From assembly GCA_963840455.1 (NCBI GenBank), contig CAWIYV010000007.1:416001-480000 (forward strand): a DNA stretch of 64,000 nucleotides, in the 5' to 3' direction. The translations under genes were made by a program, and so were the position numbers. The notes under the pieces were generated by a model that saw nothing but the letters and a program-made list of their open reading frames with translations, did no database searches and was not told the DNA's origin. The stretch is from Nitrospirota bacterium (GTDB lineage Bacteria > Nitrospirota > UBA9217). Shown here piece by piece: positions 37,738 to 49,412 of this stretch (the stretch's first letter is position 1; each line of letters begins with the position of its first letter).

Positions 37738-39951
37738 CTAGAAGAGGATCGTGATCGTCGCAATGACCACCGCTGTCTTGAACAGAATATCGACGATATC
37801 CCTTGTATTGCGCATAGTGGCATAGCGCTCCACCTGCTGGGGCATGAACACGGTGTCTCCCGGTTCCAGGTTCTTTTTCAAAATATTCCCGACGCCTGGC
37901 GACTGGCTGCTGACCGCCATGCCGTTCGCCTGGAGCACGTAGAGCTGGTCCTCATTGGCGTAATCGGTCTTGCCACCTGACTGATTGACATAGTCGCTCA
38001 CGGTCAATCCGGGCAGATAGATATGGGCGCTCGGCGAGTGCACCTCGCCGAGGACCATGACCTCCTGCGGCTTCTTGGGGACCAGGATGTCGTCCCCGTC
38101 CTGGAGCAGGAGGTCGTTCTTGGTCCCTGCCCAGGAGCTGATGTCTTGGGTGATGTTGATCGATACGCGGCCTTCGAACTGTTCCTGCAGGGCCTTCATG
38201 CTCGCCAGCAGGCTCTGGTTCATGCTGAATTGAGCCTTGGTAAAGGCCGCCTCCTCGGCGCTGATGGACGTGGCGGCGCCTGTCGCCGCTGACTGCCCGA
38301 TCTGCTGCTGCATCCGGGTGATGAAGAGCTGGAGGTTCCTGCTCTCGGCGGACTTCACGTCCCTTCTCTTGAAGTTCGTGCCATAGGGATAGGCCTCGGC
38401 GGTGAAACCGCCAATGCGCCGGATGAGATCGCTCAGCCGCTCGCCGGATGTGATCTCGTACACGCCCGGGCTCAGCACCTCACCGTCGATCCTCACCTTC
38501 TCCGACTTGCGGAAGGCGCTGTACACATGTATGTAATCCTGCGGCTGGAGGAGGATGTTCTGCGATTGATCCCCTGCATCCAGGGCCTGGAGATTCACCG
38601 CCAGGATCTTCCGGTCCTTGAAGTCCTCGGACAACCGCACGATCTCGGCCCGCTTCAGGTCAGCGGTGGGCCGTAGCCTGCCCAGGGAGATGATATCGCG
38701 GACCCGGAGGCCGGGCGTCCACTGGTAGGGGCCGGGTTGGTCCACCTCTCCTGCAAGGGTCACTGATTCCCATACCTTGTCGTAGATGGGGAAGACCGTG
38801 ACGGTGTCCATGTTCCTGATCGGCTCGCGCAGCTCCGGCACCTGCTTCATAGCTGATATATCGACAGAGGAAAGTTTGATGTCCAGCACGACCTGCTTCG
38901 TGTTGTTCGTGAAGCGGTTGAGCTGCACGCGGTTCCCGAAGGCGATGGGCATGACGCCGCCTGCCAGCTGGAGGACATCGCCGATCGTTTCGGCGCCCTT
39001 CAGCTCGTAGATCGCCGGCCGGTAGACCATGCCCGAGACGCCCGCGATGGGCCCGATAAGCGGGACGAACACCGTGTCCTCGCTCTGGAGTCTCACATCC
39101 TGGCTCCGGTCCCCTCTCAGCAGGAGATCGTAAAGGTCAATGGTCCTGACGACCTTGCCCGCGCGCAGCACCTGGACCGCGCGCAGGGTCCCCTTTTTTG
39201 TGGGGCCCCCTGCCGCAAAGAGCGCTCCATAGACCATTGTGAGGGAAGACAGGGTGTAATTGCCCGGGTTCGCCACCTCGCCGACAACATAGACTGAGAT
39301 GGTCTTGAGATTGCCCATGGCTACGCTCAGGTTGAAGTTGCTGTAGTACTTGGAAAGATGGCGCTTCAGGGTCTTCTCAAGTTCGCCGAACCTGAGCCCT
39401 GCGACAGGGACAACGCCGACCTTCGGAAGCGTGATGTTCCCCTCCCTGGTCACCGTCAAGGTATAAAGACCTTCCGTGGTGCCCCAGAGCGTCAGCGTGA
39501 GCTGATCGCCCGGGCCGATGAGGTAGTCGGGGCCGACCGGCATCGACGCGGTTGGCACAAAAGAAGCGACGGTCTTGTTGAAAAGGTCATAGCCGAACTG
39601 CTGCAGGTCCGAAGGTGTCCGCGTAGGGAAGTGGCCGGACAAGGTCTGCTCGAAGAGCGAGGGAGCGGCTGCGGGTGCCGCTGCCTGCGTCGATGTGGCC
39701 TGTGTGACCAGATCCGGTGATTGAGCCCGGTCCCCCTGCTTCCGTTTGAACTCGAGGTATATCTTTTTCGCCCCGTCGATGTCTCCCTGCTGCAGTGCGC
39801 TGGAGAATTTCTGGGCTGCCTGAGGATCGCTTGACTGCATCTCCTGCACTGCCTTGTTCGCCATATCGGATCCCGGCATTGTTTGCGCCATGACAGGAGC
39901 TGCGGACGCCAGAAGGCACGAGGCGATCAGGAGAGGAAACATTTTTCTCAT
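37738..39951 (-). CDS. SLBB-repeat polysaccharide export protein (Wza/KpsD-like)
   Basis: FGYDLF, YLIGPGD, multiple GEV..PG SLBB repeats. Confidence 0.85.
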   Translation of the reverse strand: MRKMFPLLIASCLLASAAPVMAQTMPGSDMANKAVQEMQSSDPQAAQKFSSALQQGDIDGAKKIYLEFKRKQGDRAQSPDLVTQATSTQAAAPAAAPSLFEQTLSGHFPTRTPSDLQQFGYDLFNKTVASFVPTASMPVGPDYLIGPGDQLTLTLWGTTEGLYTLTVTREGNITLPKVGVVPVAGLRFGELEKTLKRHLSKYYSNFNLSVAMGNLKTISVYVVGEVANPGNYTLSSLTMVYGALFAAGGPTKKGTLRAVQVLRAGKVVRTIDLYDLLLRGDRSQDVRLQSEDTVFVPLIGPIAGVSGMVYRPAIYELKGAETIGDVLQLAGGVMPIAFGNRVQLNRFTNNTKQVVLDIKLSSVDISAMKQVPELREPIRNMDTVTVFPIYDKVWESVTLAGEVDQPGPYQWTPGLRVRDIISLGRLRPTADLKRAEIVRLSEDFKDRKILAVNLQALDAGDQSQNILLQPQDYIHVYSAFRKSEKVRIDGEVLSPGVYEITSGERLSDLIRRIGGFTAEAYPYGTNFKRRDVKSAESRNLQLFITRMQQQIGQSAATGAATSISAEEAAFTKAQFSMNQSLLASMKALQEQFEGRVSINITQDISSWAGTKNDLLLQDGDDILVPKKPQEVMVLGEVHSPSAHIYLPGLTVSDYVNQSGGKTDYANEDQLYVLQANGMAVSSQSPGVGNILKKNLEPGDTVFMPQQVERYATMRNTRDIVDILFKTAVVIATITILF

Positions 39952-40150
39952 ATAGCGAAGCTCCTCGGTAGGGGCTGAGAGATCAGGGACGGATCGGGAA
40001 CATGATATGATGGCGAAACGAGAAGCGTGGGAAATATATCAGATTGGGGCGGGAAAATCAAATTATTTCAGGTTGTTCCGAACCGGATGCCCTCCGGTGA
40101 TCGGGGCCGAAGCTCCACCGCATTGCTGCGAGGAATGCGCGCTCCAGGAT

Positions 40151-42181
40151 TCACGGATGAGGCGCCTGCTGCTCCTCGGTCACTCGATTTTCCCGAAAGA
40201 TCTCATAGATGAGGTTCTTGAACGTGTCCCCGGACCCGTTCGGCCCCCCGTTCTCGGGCTGGAAATCGGGAACGAGCTTCTTGATCTTTTCCATGATCGC
40301 TCCCGAGAATCCCGCGGGGATGGCATGGAGCAGATCTTCGATGTCCTCCAGCGGCGACTTCCAGTCCTGCTGCTCACTGCCGGCTATCTTGATCTTGTCA
40401 TGGAGCGTCGCCTTGATCTCCTCGCCGGCCGTCAGGAGCTCTTCATAAAGCTTTTCGCCGGGCCGGAGACCGGTAAACGTGATCCTGATATCCTTGTCGG
40501 GTTCAAGCCCTGAAAGCCTGATCATGTCTCGGGCCAGATCGACGATCCGGACCGGCTCTCCCATATCGAGGAGAAACATCTCCCCTCCCCTCCCCATAGC
40601 GCCCGCCTGCATGATGAGCTGGACAGCCTCGGGGATGGTCATGAAATACCGGTAGATGTCCGGGTGCGTCACCGTCACAGGCCCGCCGCGCTCAATCTGG
40701 CGCCGGAACAGGGGGATCACGCTGCCCACGCTGTTCAGCACATTGCCGAACCGCACCGTCACGAACTTCGTCGTGCTCGTCTGGCCCAGGGACTGGCAGA
40801 CCATCTCGGCGAGACGCTTGCTCACGCCCATGATGTTCGTGGACCGCACGGCCTTGTCCGTGGACACCATCACGAACTTCTGCACCCCGTGGACCGCCGA
40901 GAGATAGGCCGTGTTCCAGGTGCCGAGAGCGTTGTTCCGCAGTGCCTCCACGGCATTCGATTCCATAAGCGGTACGTGCTTGTATGCCGCTGCGTGGAAC
41001 ACCACCTGGGGACGGTACTGCGCCAGGGTCTCTTCCATGCGGGGCTTGTTCAGAATATCGCCGATCACGGGTCGCACATCGGCGCCCGGGAACAGTTCCA
41101 GCAGGTCCATCTGGATCTGGTAGAGGTTGAACTCGTTCCGCTCGAACAGCACCAGCCGTTTCGGGCCGTAGCGCAGCACCTGGCGGCAGAGCTCGGAGCC
41201 GATCGATCCGCCCGCGCCGGTGATCATTACTGTCTTGCCGAGCAGGTACGCTTCGATAGACAAGGTGTCGAGCCTCACGGGTTTGCGCTGCAGCAGGTCC
41301 TCGATCCTGAAGTCGCGCAACTCCCGGACAGTCACGCTGCCGTTCAGGATCGAGTCAATGCTCGGCAGCGTCTTTGCCTTCACGCCTGCACGGGCGCAGG
41401 TCATCATAATGCGCCGCTTCGCCGCGCCGTGCGCGTGCGGGACCGCCAGGAAAACCATTTCGACCCCCTCGGACATCGCGATCCGGGGGATCTCCCGGGT
41501 GTTGCCGAGGACGCGGCAGCCGTGGATGCACAGGTTCCTCTTCTCCCGGTTATCATCGACGAATCCCACAGGATGATACGCCAAGCGGTAATTTCCGAGG
41601 ATCTCCCGCAGGATCATTTCTCCCGCCCTGCCCGCTCCCACGATGAGGACGTTCTTTGCCTCTTCTGCCCGGCCATTCATGCCGCCTGTCGAGAATCCGG
41701 TTCGGTAGAGACGATAGGCAAAACGGCTGCCGCCGATGAGGATGAGCGTAACGAACCAGTCAATGATAAAGACAGATCGGGGATAAACGCTTTCCTGGAC
41801 AAGGTAGAGCAGACTGACATACACGAGCGAACTGAGCGTAACGGCGCGGATGATCGAGAGTAGATCGCGGGCGCCCACGAACCGCCACATACCCTGGTAG
41901 AGGCCGCTGAACGCGAACACCGCGAGCCGAACCAGAATAACGAAAGGTAAAATAACCAGAATGTTATAGATATGGGGGTCGATGATCAGTGTTCCGAAGC
42001 GGAGCGAGTAGGAAAGGAATATCGAACAGGCGATCAGGACAGCATCGATGAGCATTACGATCATCTGTTTCAACCGGTTGTTCATCATGAAGACCATGAG
42101 CGGCACTTCCTCTACCAAGGATTGCTTGCGAAGAACGATTTTCCCGGGTTGTTTTTGAGGGAATAATCGCTGATCAACCAT
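40151..42181 (-). CDS. Membrane-bound UDP-GlcNAc 4,6-dehydratase (CapD/PglF family)
   Basis: TM region, TGAGGSIGSE, HAAAYKHVP, STDKAV, VRFGNV, RPGEKLYEEL. Start uncertain. Confidence 0.9.
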   Translation of the reverse strand: MVDQRLFPQKQPGKIVLRKQSLVEEVPLMVFMMNNRLKQMIVMLIDAVLIACSIFLSYSLRFGTLIIDPHIYNILVILPFVILVRLAVFAFSGLYQGMWRFVGARDLLSIIRAVTLSSLVYVSLLYLVQESVYPRSVFIIDWFVTLILIGGSRFAYRLYRTGFSTGGMNGRAEEAKNVLIVGAGRAGEMILREILGNYRLAYHPVGFVDDNREKRNLCIHGCRVLGNTREIPRIAMSEGVEMVFLAVPHAHGAAKRRIMMTCARAGVKAKTLPSIDSILNGSVTVRELRDFRIEDLLQRKPVRLDTLSIEAYLLGKTVMITGAGGSIGSELCRQVLRYGPKRLVLFERNEFNLYQIQMDLLELFPGADVRPVIGDILNKPRMEETLAQYRPQVVFHAAAYKHVPLMESNAVEALRNNALGTWNTAYLSAVHGVQKFVMVSTDKAVRSTNIMGVSKRLAEMVCQSLGQTSTTKFVTVRFGNVLNSVGSVIPLFRRQIERGGPVTVTHPDIYRYFMTIPEAVQLIMQAGAMGRGGEMFLLDMGEPVRIVDLARDMIRLSGLEPDKDIRITFTGLRPGEKLYEELLTAGEEIKATLHDKIKIAGSEQQDWKSPLEDIEDLLHAIPAGFSGAIMEKIKKLVPDFQPENGGPNGSGDTFKNLIYEIFRENRVTEEQQAPHP

Positions 42182-42429
42182 GACTCTAATTTTGTTCTGA
42201 GCACGATAATACTTAACTTAATCAGTAAAGTAAAGAATTTATATAGGGTATTTTTAGGGTATCCCACATTCCCATTCGCCCAACTCCGCATAGTGAAGAT
42301 ATTTGCTTATACACTCACCAAAAAGGAAGGAATGATAGCAACGTATTTTAGTATGTGATGTAAAGTGGGATCGTATAGAGGATACTCGGGCACTGACCGG
42401 ATGGTATAGAATCATTCACCATAGACCCG

Positions 42430-43583
42430 TCATTTCCTTACTGACCTAAGATGTACCTCCCTGATACTATCGATCACCCGGTTAAGGTCCTGGTCGGACA
42501 TTGCTGTCCCTGACGGCAGGCAAAGCCCCCTCGTGAAAAGGTCCTCTGACACGCTTCCTCCCCTCATCGGATACCCCTTGAATACCGGCTGAAGGTGCAT
42601 AGGCTTCCAAAGCGGGCGGGACTCGATGTTCTGCTCCTCCAGGGCCCGTCGCACAGCTTCGTGGCTGGCGCCAAAGAGATGGGGCGTTATCAGCATCACC
42701 GTCAGCCATCGGGTGCATTTACCGTACTCAGCCTCCGGCATGAACTCGATGCCGGGTAGACCGGACAATGCTTTATGATACTGATCGAAGATCCAGCGCT
42801 TCTTCTGCACGCGCTGGTCAAGCACCTTAAGCTGTCCCCTGCCGATGGCTGCGAGCACATTGCTCAAACGGTAGTTATACCCGATCTGCGTGTGTTCGTA
42901 GTGCGGCGCAGGGTCGCGCGCCTGCTGCGACCAGAATCGCGCCTGACTGATCAAAACCTCATCATCCGACGCCAGCATGCCGCCGCCTGATGTCGTGATG
43001 ATCTTGTTCCCGTTAAAAGAATAGATTGCCGCTTGTGCGCCTGCACCTGCAGCGCGGCCTTTTTATATGTGGCTCCAAGGGCCTCGGCTGCATCGATCAG
43101 AACCGGGATATCGTATTCAGAGCAAATATCGCTGATCCTGTCATGATCCGCGCATTGCCCGTAGATATCAGCCACGATAACGGCCTTCGGCAGGCGGTTC
43201 GTTTTGCCCCGCTGAATCAGCTCTTCCATCAGCAAGTTCGGGTCCATGTTCCAGGAAAAACGGTCCGAATCGATAAAAGTCAGCTTTGCACCCTGGAACA
43301 CAACGGGGCTCACACCACCTATGAACGTGAGGGATGGCGCAATGACCTCGTCGCCCGGACCAACGCCAAGGAAACGCAATGCGAGATGCAATGCCGCTGT
43401 GCCGCTGTTCAGCGCAACAGCGTGCGATATCCCGACCTTGTCGCAGAATTCCTTTTCAAAAGCGTCAACCTGCGGTCCAAGCGGTGCGATCCAATTGCTC
43501 TCAAAGGTCTCAGCAATGAACTGCTGTTCCTCTCCGCTCATATGGGGCGGTGAGAGGTAGATTCGCTGATAGCTATTTGCCAT
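42430..43583 (-). pseudogene. DegT/DnrJ/PglE aminotransferase, frameshifted at the A5 run 43060-43064
   Basis: LSPPHM..DAAEALGATYK in one frame; GRAAG..SFNGNKIITTSGGGML..CLPSG in the -1 frame. Confidence 0.85.
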
Positions 43584-43986
43584 TCTTCTTGGTTCGCCTT
43601 TTCACGATTTTGACGGGAACGCCGAAGGCAGTCGTATTAGCAGGGATACTTCGATTAACAAAGCTACAAGCACCGATAACGGCATTTTCGCCGACGATCA
43701 CGCCCGGCATGATCACTGAATGACTTCCGATCCTGCAATTGTTCTTCAGGATGATCGCTCCTTCCTTCCCGTCGATCGTCGATATCGAATAAATGGAGCA
43801 ATGTGAACCGATCTGCACGTCGTCCTCGATAGTAACGCCGTTTTTAGCGTTTATATAGGTAAAAGCTCCAATATCGGTTCGATCACCTAAATAAAACTTC
43901 TCCTTGTGTTTCACAATCCAATGATATATTGTGGGCTTCCCGTCTATGATCGTGGGTCTTTTCCACTTAGTAAACCGGTCTGTCAT
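43573..43986 (-). CDS. Hexapeptide-repeat acyltransferase
   Basis: IGSHSVIMPGVIVGENAVIGA..GVPVK. Confidence 0.85.
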   Translation of the reverse strand: MTDRFTKWKRPTIIDGKPTIYHWIVKHKEKFYLGDRTDIGAFTYINAKNGVTIEDDVQIGSHCSIYSISTIDGKEGAIILKNNCRIGSHSVIMPGVIVGENAVIGACSFVNRSIPANTTAFGVPVKIVKRRTKKNGK

Positions 43987-43991
43987 ATGTT

Positions 43992-44612
43992 TTATCCGTT
44001 TCCTTTGAATTTTTCCATCGTGGCATGCTCGTACTGAGTGATCCCTTCCCTTTTGAACACCTTTACCAGAGTCAGCCAGAGGATTTTCAGATCCAGCCAG
44101 ACGGACTGGTTATCAACGTACCAGACATCCAGTTCGAACTTTTCTTCCCAGCTTATCGCGTTGCGACCGTTCACCTGTGCCCACCCCGTAATACCGGGGA
44201 GTACTTCATGGCGGCGGGCTTGTACCGCTGAGTACAGAGGAAGATATTCCATTAACAGAGGACGAGGTCCGACGAGGCTCATATCACCGATAAGCACGTT
44301 GAAAAGCTCCGGCAGCTCGTCCAGACTGGTGCTCCGGAGAAATGCGCCGAATTTCATCAGACGTTGTTCGTCGGGAAGTAAATTACCCTGCTCATCCCAC
44401 GCATCAATCATAGTCCGAAATTTGAAGAGCATGAAGGGACTTCCATGCAGTCCAGGACGCTCCTGGCGAAACAAAACCGGAGAACCAATGAATAGACGGA
44501 TCAGTACAACCAGCAAACCCAATACAGGGAGCATTAGTAAAAGCCCTATTCCTGTCCCAACGAAGTCAAATAGTCGTTTCCTATCCATAGTGATCATCTC
44601 ATGCTGTTCCAA
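43992..44612 (-). CDS. Initiating phosphoglycosyltransferase (PglC-like)
   Basis: KRLFD, KFRTM, SLDELP, SLVGPRP, PGITGWAQVNGRN. Confidence 0.92.
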   Translation of the reverse strand: MEQHEMITMDRKRLFDFVGTGIGLLLMLPVLGLLVVLIRLFIGSPVLFRQERPGLHGSPFMLFKFRTMIDAWDEQGNLLPDEQRLMKFGAFLRSTSLDELPELFNVLIGDMSLVGPRPLLMEYLPLYSAVQARRHEVLPGITGWAQVNGRNAISWEEKFELDVWYVDNQSVWLDLKILWLTLVKVFKREGITQYEHATMEKFKGNG

Positions 44613-45830
44613 TTGCAGCCTGTTTAATCACATCTAACAATTTGTCAGCCAACATGTTCCGGTTAAACCGGGTTTCACCTAACACTACCGCAACTGCAGC
44701 GGCTTTTCGCAGGCGGGATTCATTTTTCAAAAAGTCGCATAGCATCCGAGCAGCCTTTTCAGGATCCTCAGGAGGGACGACAATCCCCGCACCCGTTTCT
44801 TCAAGCAACTCTGCCTGCCAACCCCGGTAGTTAATCAGCACAGCCCGACCTGCTGCCAGAGCATCAAAAAATTTATTTGCAGAGTTATTCCACATTTCAG
44901 GTATGTTGACAAAGAGCGAAGTAACAAACGTACTTGCTGAAAGAAGCCCGGGCATGTCCCGTTTTGAGACAGGAGGAATAATCCAAAGATTTTTTTCCAA
45001 TACCTTTTTCGCGAGTGCACGTCGCAAAATATATTCCTTCTGCCCACCGTCACCAGCAATGAGAAACCGTACGGTAGGATCAACACGTATCATGCTGTCA
45101 GCGATATCAACCAGGTAATCGACTCCATTAATTTGGCCCAACGTTCCAGCATAGGTTATCAGGGCACTCCCCTGTAAGTAAGGATGCCGTGCCAAAAAAT
45201 CCTTTCCGTCCTCTTCAGGAACTCTGAACAGCTCGATATCGCAGCAGTTAGGAATAACGGTTACCTGCTTGGGCTTGTATCCTGTATGGACAATTCCATC
45301 CCTCATGCCGGGAGACAGAGCGACAATATGCGCGGAGTTTCTGTATGCCGATTTCTCGAGTAGCTTTGCCAGCCACTTCGCCACGGGATTCCGTAAGGCA
45401 CCTGCAGCAATCGGCAGTTCCGGCCACAGATCCCGCACTTCAAACACCATAGGACAGTGATGAGAAATCTTCGCAGCTATGCCCGGGATGGCAATGGTTA
45501 ATGGTGTGCTCGTAGCGAAAACAACATTTACGTTTTTGACATTGACAGCTTCGATGACAGCGCGCATAGCGAAGTTGACAAATGAAAGCATGCGCTTTCA
45601 TAGGAAAGCTTGTTTGAATATGGGACGCAGATGACTTTAAGATCGATCCCATCCATTGAAAGATCCGTGACCCTTTTTTGAAATCTGTATCGTAACGGAA
45701 AAAAAGCACCCGAGGTTATCATCGTAACGTTATGGCCTGCCTTTACGAATCGACGTGCCATTTCGTACGAGCGGGTTCCTCCGGAACCATCAGGAGGGAC
45801 AAAATATTGGTGGAGATAGAGAATATGCAT
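44599..45830 (-). pseudogene. GT4 (WbuB-like) glycosyltransferase, frameshifted at 45596-45598
   Basis: HQYF..GGTRSYE N-terminus and EVRDLWPE..NKFFD C-terminus join if one A is added (TAT GAA A[A]G CGC ATG). Confidence 0.82.
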
Positions 45831-46092
45831 ATATTCTTATTCGCAGTAATCGCCACGTGAGGCCGACGAATCCGCATCACCAATAATGGAAGTTAGCTTT
45901 TCGTTAGCAGCACATCATCACGCAAAGAGCAGACATCTTCTAAGTTATATTGCATAAATAATTATTAAAACATCATGAACCACTTGAGAAATAAATTATT
46001 TCATAATTGTTGACCTTCAAATAAAAGCAGAATGGTAGCAACCGCACAGATATTATTCAATTGTTTCATCGCAATCGATTCCAAGGTTAGCA

Positions 46093-46977
46093 TCAACTAG
46101 CGAAAAATTCTTTGTATATGTAGTCGTATGTGTTACTCAAATATTTTCCGATCATCCTATTTTTTATGAAACTGGTTGTGGAATGTTCATTATGATTCAC
46201 TACTATCCTAGGATCGTACTGTACTTTAAGACTTAATCGTCTTACGGTTTCGGCAATAAATATTTCTTCTCCAAAAAGAAATGAGCCATGGTTCAAATTC
46301 CCTCCCGCATCAAAATAACTCCGATGAAATATAATAAATGAACCGTGTGGTGCATAAATATTTATTCGTAGTTCTTCTTTGGAGGTTGTTTTTTTAGGAA
46401 GACTTAAATTTGTATTTTTCCTAATTAATGATAATAATTGATAAAATAGAGATAGCGGATAGTAACGAAATATAGTTTTATAAAAAAGAATTCTGCTTTT
46501 TGCAGGTCGGTACTTCATAAAAGGATTTTGATCCGATGCTGCTTGAAGAGAATGGATTTTAGGCGCTACAATGCCATAAAAACCGGAAGGATAGAATTCA
46601 AACAATTTACTAAAAATGGCAGAATCAGGAAATACAATGTCTGTATTGGAAACGATGATCCATTCTGGCAATTTACTGGTCAACAAATATTGACTCAAGC
46701 CCCATGATGCTGCACCAAAATACCCCAGATTCTTCTCAGGATGTAGTAATTGTATTCGTGAATCTTTTGGCAGCAGAAGTTTAAGAGCATCATTTCCAGA
46801 ATTGCTATTGTCTATTACTAGCAAATTTAAATTATGAGTTGACTGCAGAGACAGTATATGATCAGAAAAGTCAATAGTATCTTTGTTGTTATTATAATTT
46901 ACACATATCACCAGAAGTTGCCTATTTTCCTTCACTTGACTTGTCGTCATCAACAAAATTCCCATTTGAATCATCAT
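46093..46977 (-). CDS. GT2 glycosyltransferase
   Basis: VNYN, IDNS, NLGY, SNTD, FLFGEE; low GC. Confidence 0.8.
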   Translation of the reverse strand: MMIQMGILLMTTSQVKENRQLLVICVNYNNNKDTIDFSDHILSLQSTHNLNLLVIDNSNSGNDALKLLLPKDSRIQLLHPEKNLGYFGAASWGLSQYLLTSKLPEWIIVSNTDIVFPDSAIFSKLFEFYPSGFYGIVAPKIHSLQAASDQNPFMKYRPAKSRILFYKTIFRYYPLSLFYQLLSLIRKNTNLSLPKKTTSKEELRINIYAPHGSFIIFHRSYFDAGGNLNHGSFLFGEEIFIAETVRRLSLKVQYDPRIVVNHNEHSTTSFIKNRMIGKYLSNTYDYIYKEFFAS

Positions 46978-46980
46978 TAA

Positions 46981-47961
46981 TTAATTTAGCAGTAGGTCTT
47001 GAGCAATACTGTTGAGCCCATTTGAGTATTTAAAGTATTTCAACATAACAGTTTCTCTGAGTATTGCAGGTATTCTCAGTACTTTGTTTTTAGGCAAAGT
47101 TACTCTTGTATAAATATGATTTCTTTTCTTCTGTAAAACATTAAATAAAGAAGAAGCATTGTGAAGACTATAGTAGGCCTGACAATCTAGCCTTTCTTTC
47201 AAGGTATCAAGGCGATCCAAAAGTATTTCCAGGATCATGTCGTTTCGTCTTTTTTTTGCTCGTTCTATCCTGAGAAAAAAGCCGATATTTTCTGCTCCAA
47301 TTTGGTTGTTGTTGTGCTGACGATACTTGATAAGCGGTTGATTTATCACGTCTAGATATGAGACGGCACTGAGAAGATAAGAAATCCATCCATCATGAAC
47401 CCAGCATTCAGGAATCGGTAAAATAAGGTTCTTGAACGACAACCGAAACGCCATTGTAGAGCCAGTAACAAAGCTACCACGCATAATCAGCAAATTGGGA
47501 GCCGCCGAAGTGACGATATTTTTTTGAATATTGGCGGTCAAGCCAAGGCTATCCCACAGGCTATATCCCATCGAGTGAAGGCTTTCATCTACAATATCAG
47601 CATTGGAAAAAACGGCAGCAACCTCAGGTCTTTTGTTTAATTTTTCTTCCAAGAATCGCAGTTTTTCTTGGGCCCATACATCATCTTGGTCTGATAAGGC
47701 AATATAATTGCCAGTGCAAAGTCCTATGGCCCTTTCAAAATTTTTCGTAACGCCTAAACGCGTATCATTGATATAAATCTTTACTGTAAAATCGACTTTC
47801 TTCGCAAATTCTTCGATAAGAGCAACTGTATTATCTGTTGAACAGTCATCGCAAATTATCAATTCATCGGGAATTCGATCTTGTTGAGCGATACTTTCAA
47901 GTTGTTCACTTATGAACTTTGCGCCATTGTAGGTGCAAAGGGCAATCGACATCATATTCAT
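46981..47961 (-). CDS. GT2 glycosyltransferase
   Basis: CTYNG, DDCSTD, SDQDDVW, HDGW, YRQH. Confidence 0.88.
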   Translation of the reverse strand: MNMMSIALCTYNGAKFISEQLESIAQQDRIPDELIICDDCSTDNTVALIEEFAKKVDFTVKIYINDTRLGVTKNFERAIGLCTGNYIALSDQDDVWAQEKLRFLEEKLNKRPEVAAVFSNADIVDESLHSMGYSLWDSLGLTANIQKNIVTSAAPNLLIMRGSFVTGSTMAFRLSFKNLILPIPECWVHDGWISYLLSAVSYLDVINQPLIKYRQHNNNQIGAENIGFFLRIERAKKRRNDMILEILLDRLDTLKERLDCQAYYSLHNASSLFNVLQKKRNHIYTRVTLPKNKVLRIPAILRETVMLKYFKYSNGLNSIAQDLLLN

Positions 47962-48052
47962 GATTATTGCTTCTCCTTCAATGCATCATTTCTTATGTTT
48001 TACATCTGCTTGCGATATAGGTCAAGAATCGAATAACCGCTCAAGTATCTCT

Positions 48053-49333
48053 TTAGGCCAGAATCTTTTGTTTATCGGTTATGTCTTTGTTTTTCGCTTT
48101 CAACAACCTATCAAGAATGAGCATTACAGCACCAAATATAACACCTTGAACAAAAAGAGCATGCCAATAGTAGAGTTCAAACCATCCCAAAGGCAACCCG
48201 GATACAAAAAAAGAGAAAATAATTGTTATCCATTTATTATTGAAAGTACTGGACATCCAAAATAGAATATAAATTGTGAGGCTCAGTAGTAATAGATACG
48301 CGATAGAGAAGTAACCTCCAAGAAAGAGATAAACGGTTCCAATCAAGGTGTGTACGTTCGAACCCTGACGTATGTCATTTTTCATGAGGTCAATAACAGA
48401 ATAATAACTCGTTAAATTGTCAACACGAGTCCATCCAAAGAGATGACGAAGGCTATTATAAATTGGAGCGATAATTACAGTTTGTTGTTCATCTGGAACT
48501 GTAAGCCCATTTTTAAATGCGTCGCCAAATGATAGAACCCCGGAAAACAAATACGAGATGAAGTGTCTTGATAATGCTTCGTAGACATTGAGATCTGCTA
48601 ACACTTCAGTACTGTTCTCCAGACCAATGTAGCCAATTAAATAAACCATCATAAATATCAAATAGAAGGCAGCGACTGTAAGCAAAATTGATTTTACTCT
48701 TATGCGAAATGTACCTGTGATCGCTCGATAAATAATACCTGCTAATATTGGTATGATAATAATACCTTTTACTTGGTTAATTAACAGCAATAACAACGAT
48801 ATCATAATCGTAATATTAATAATAAGTTTCTTCCTTTGTGTTGTTCCAATCAAATAGGAAACCAAAAAGATTGAAAATGCGCGTGTCCAGCCCTGCAAAC
48901 CTTCCGAAAAATCCCGCTGGAATTCTTCTGTTGATATGTAAAGTAGCCCCTCCCGATTTATTATACTCGTTAAGCCGTAAATATTAATAGAGGCTGTTAG
49001 CAAGGCGAGAGCAACAGGCGTATGCTCTTTTGAATCAAAACCGTTCAGTTTGGCCTTCATTAGACCTTCGGCTATCGTAGTACCGGTTGCCATTTTTACT
49101 AGTAAACTCCCCTGCCAAAATATGAACAAGCCGATTATCCATACAAGTATAGACTCAGTGTACAGTGGAATAAAGCCCAGCGTAGGCGCGAAGAAGAATG
49201 CCATGAAGACTACAATGCAGTAAGGAATTGATAAAAGATTTACCGGAGTAAACCATGAAGAGTAGAATTTGTACTCCGCTACGGTTATAAAGATAACTTC
49301 AAACAACAATATTAATAGTATTAACCAGCTCAT
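48053..49333 (-). CDS. wzy: Wzy-type polysaccharide polymerase
   Basis: About 11 TM segments, SNVHT motif, low GC, within the polysaccharide cluster. Confidence 0.65.
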   Translation of the reverse strand: MSWLILLILLFEVIFITVAEYKFYSSWFTPVNLLSIPYCIVVFMAFFFAPTLGFIPLYTESILVWIIGLFIFWQGSLLVKMATGTTIAEGLMKAKLNGFDSKEHTPVALALLTASINIYGLTSIINREGLLYISTEEFQRDFSEGLQGWTRAFSIFLVSYLIGTTQRKKLIINITIMISLLLLLINQVKGIIIIPILAGIIYRAITGTFRIRVKSILLTVAAFYLIFMMVYLIGYIGLENSTEVLADLNVYEALSRHFISYLFSGVLSFGDAFKNGLTVPDEQQTVIIAPIYNSLRHLFGWTRVDNLTSYYSVIDLMKNDIRQGSNVHTLIGTVYLFLGGYFSIAYLLLLSLTIYILFWMSSTFNNKWITIIFSFFVSGLPLGWFELYYWHALFVQGVIFGAVMLILDRLLKAKNKDITDKQKILA

Positions 49334-49412
49334 AGTGTTCTTTGTATGGCGAATGTCAGAATAATGGGGATTTGCAAAGTTTTAAGCCAAATCAGTTATT
49401 GATTATATTAAT

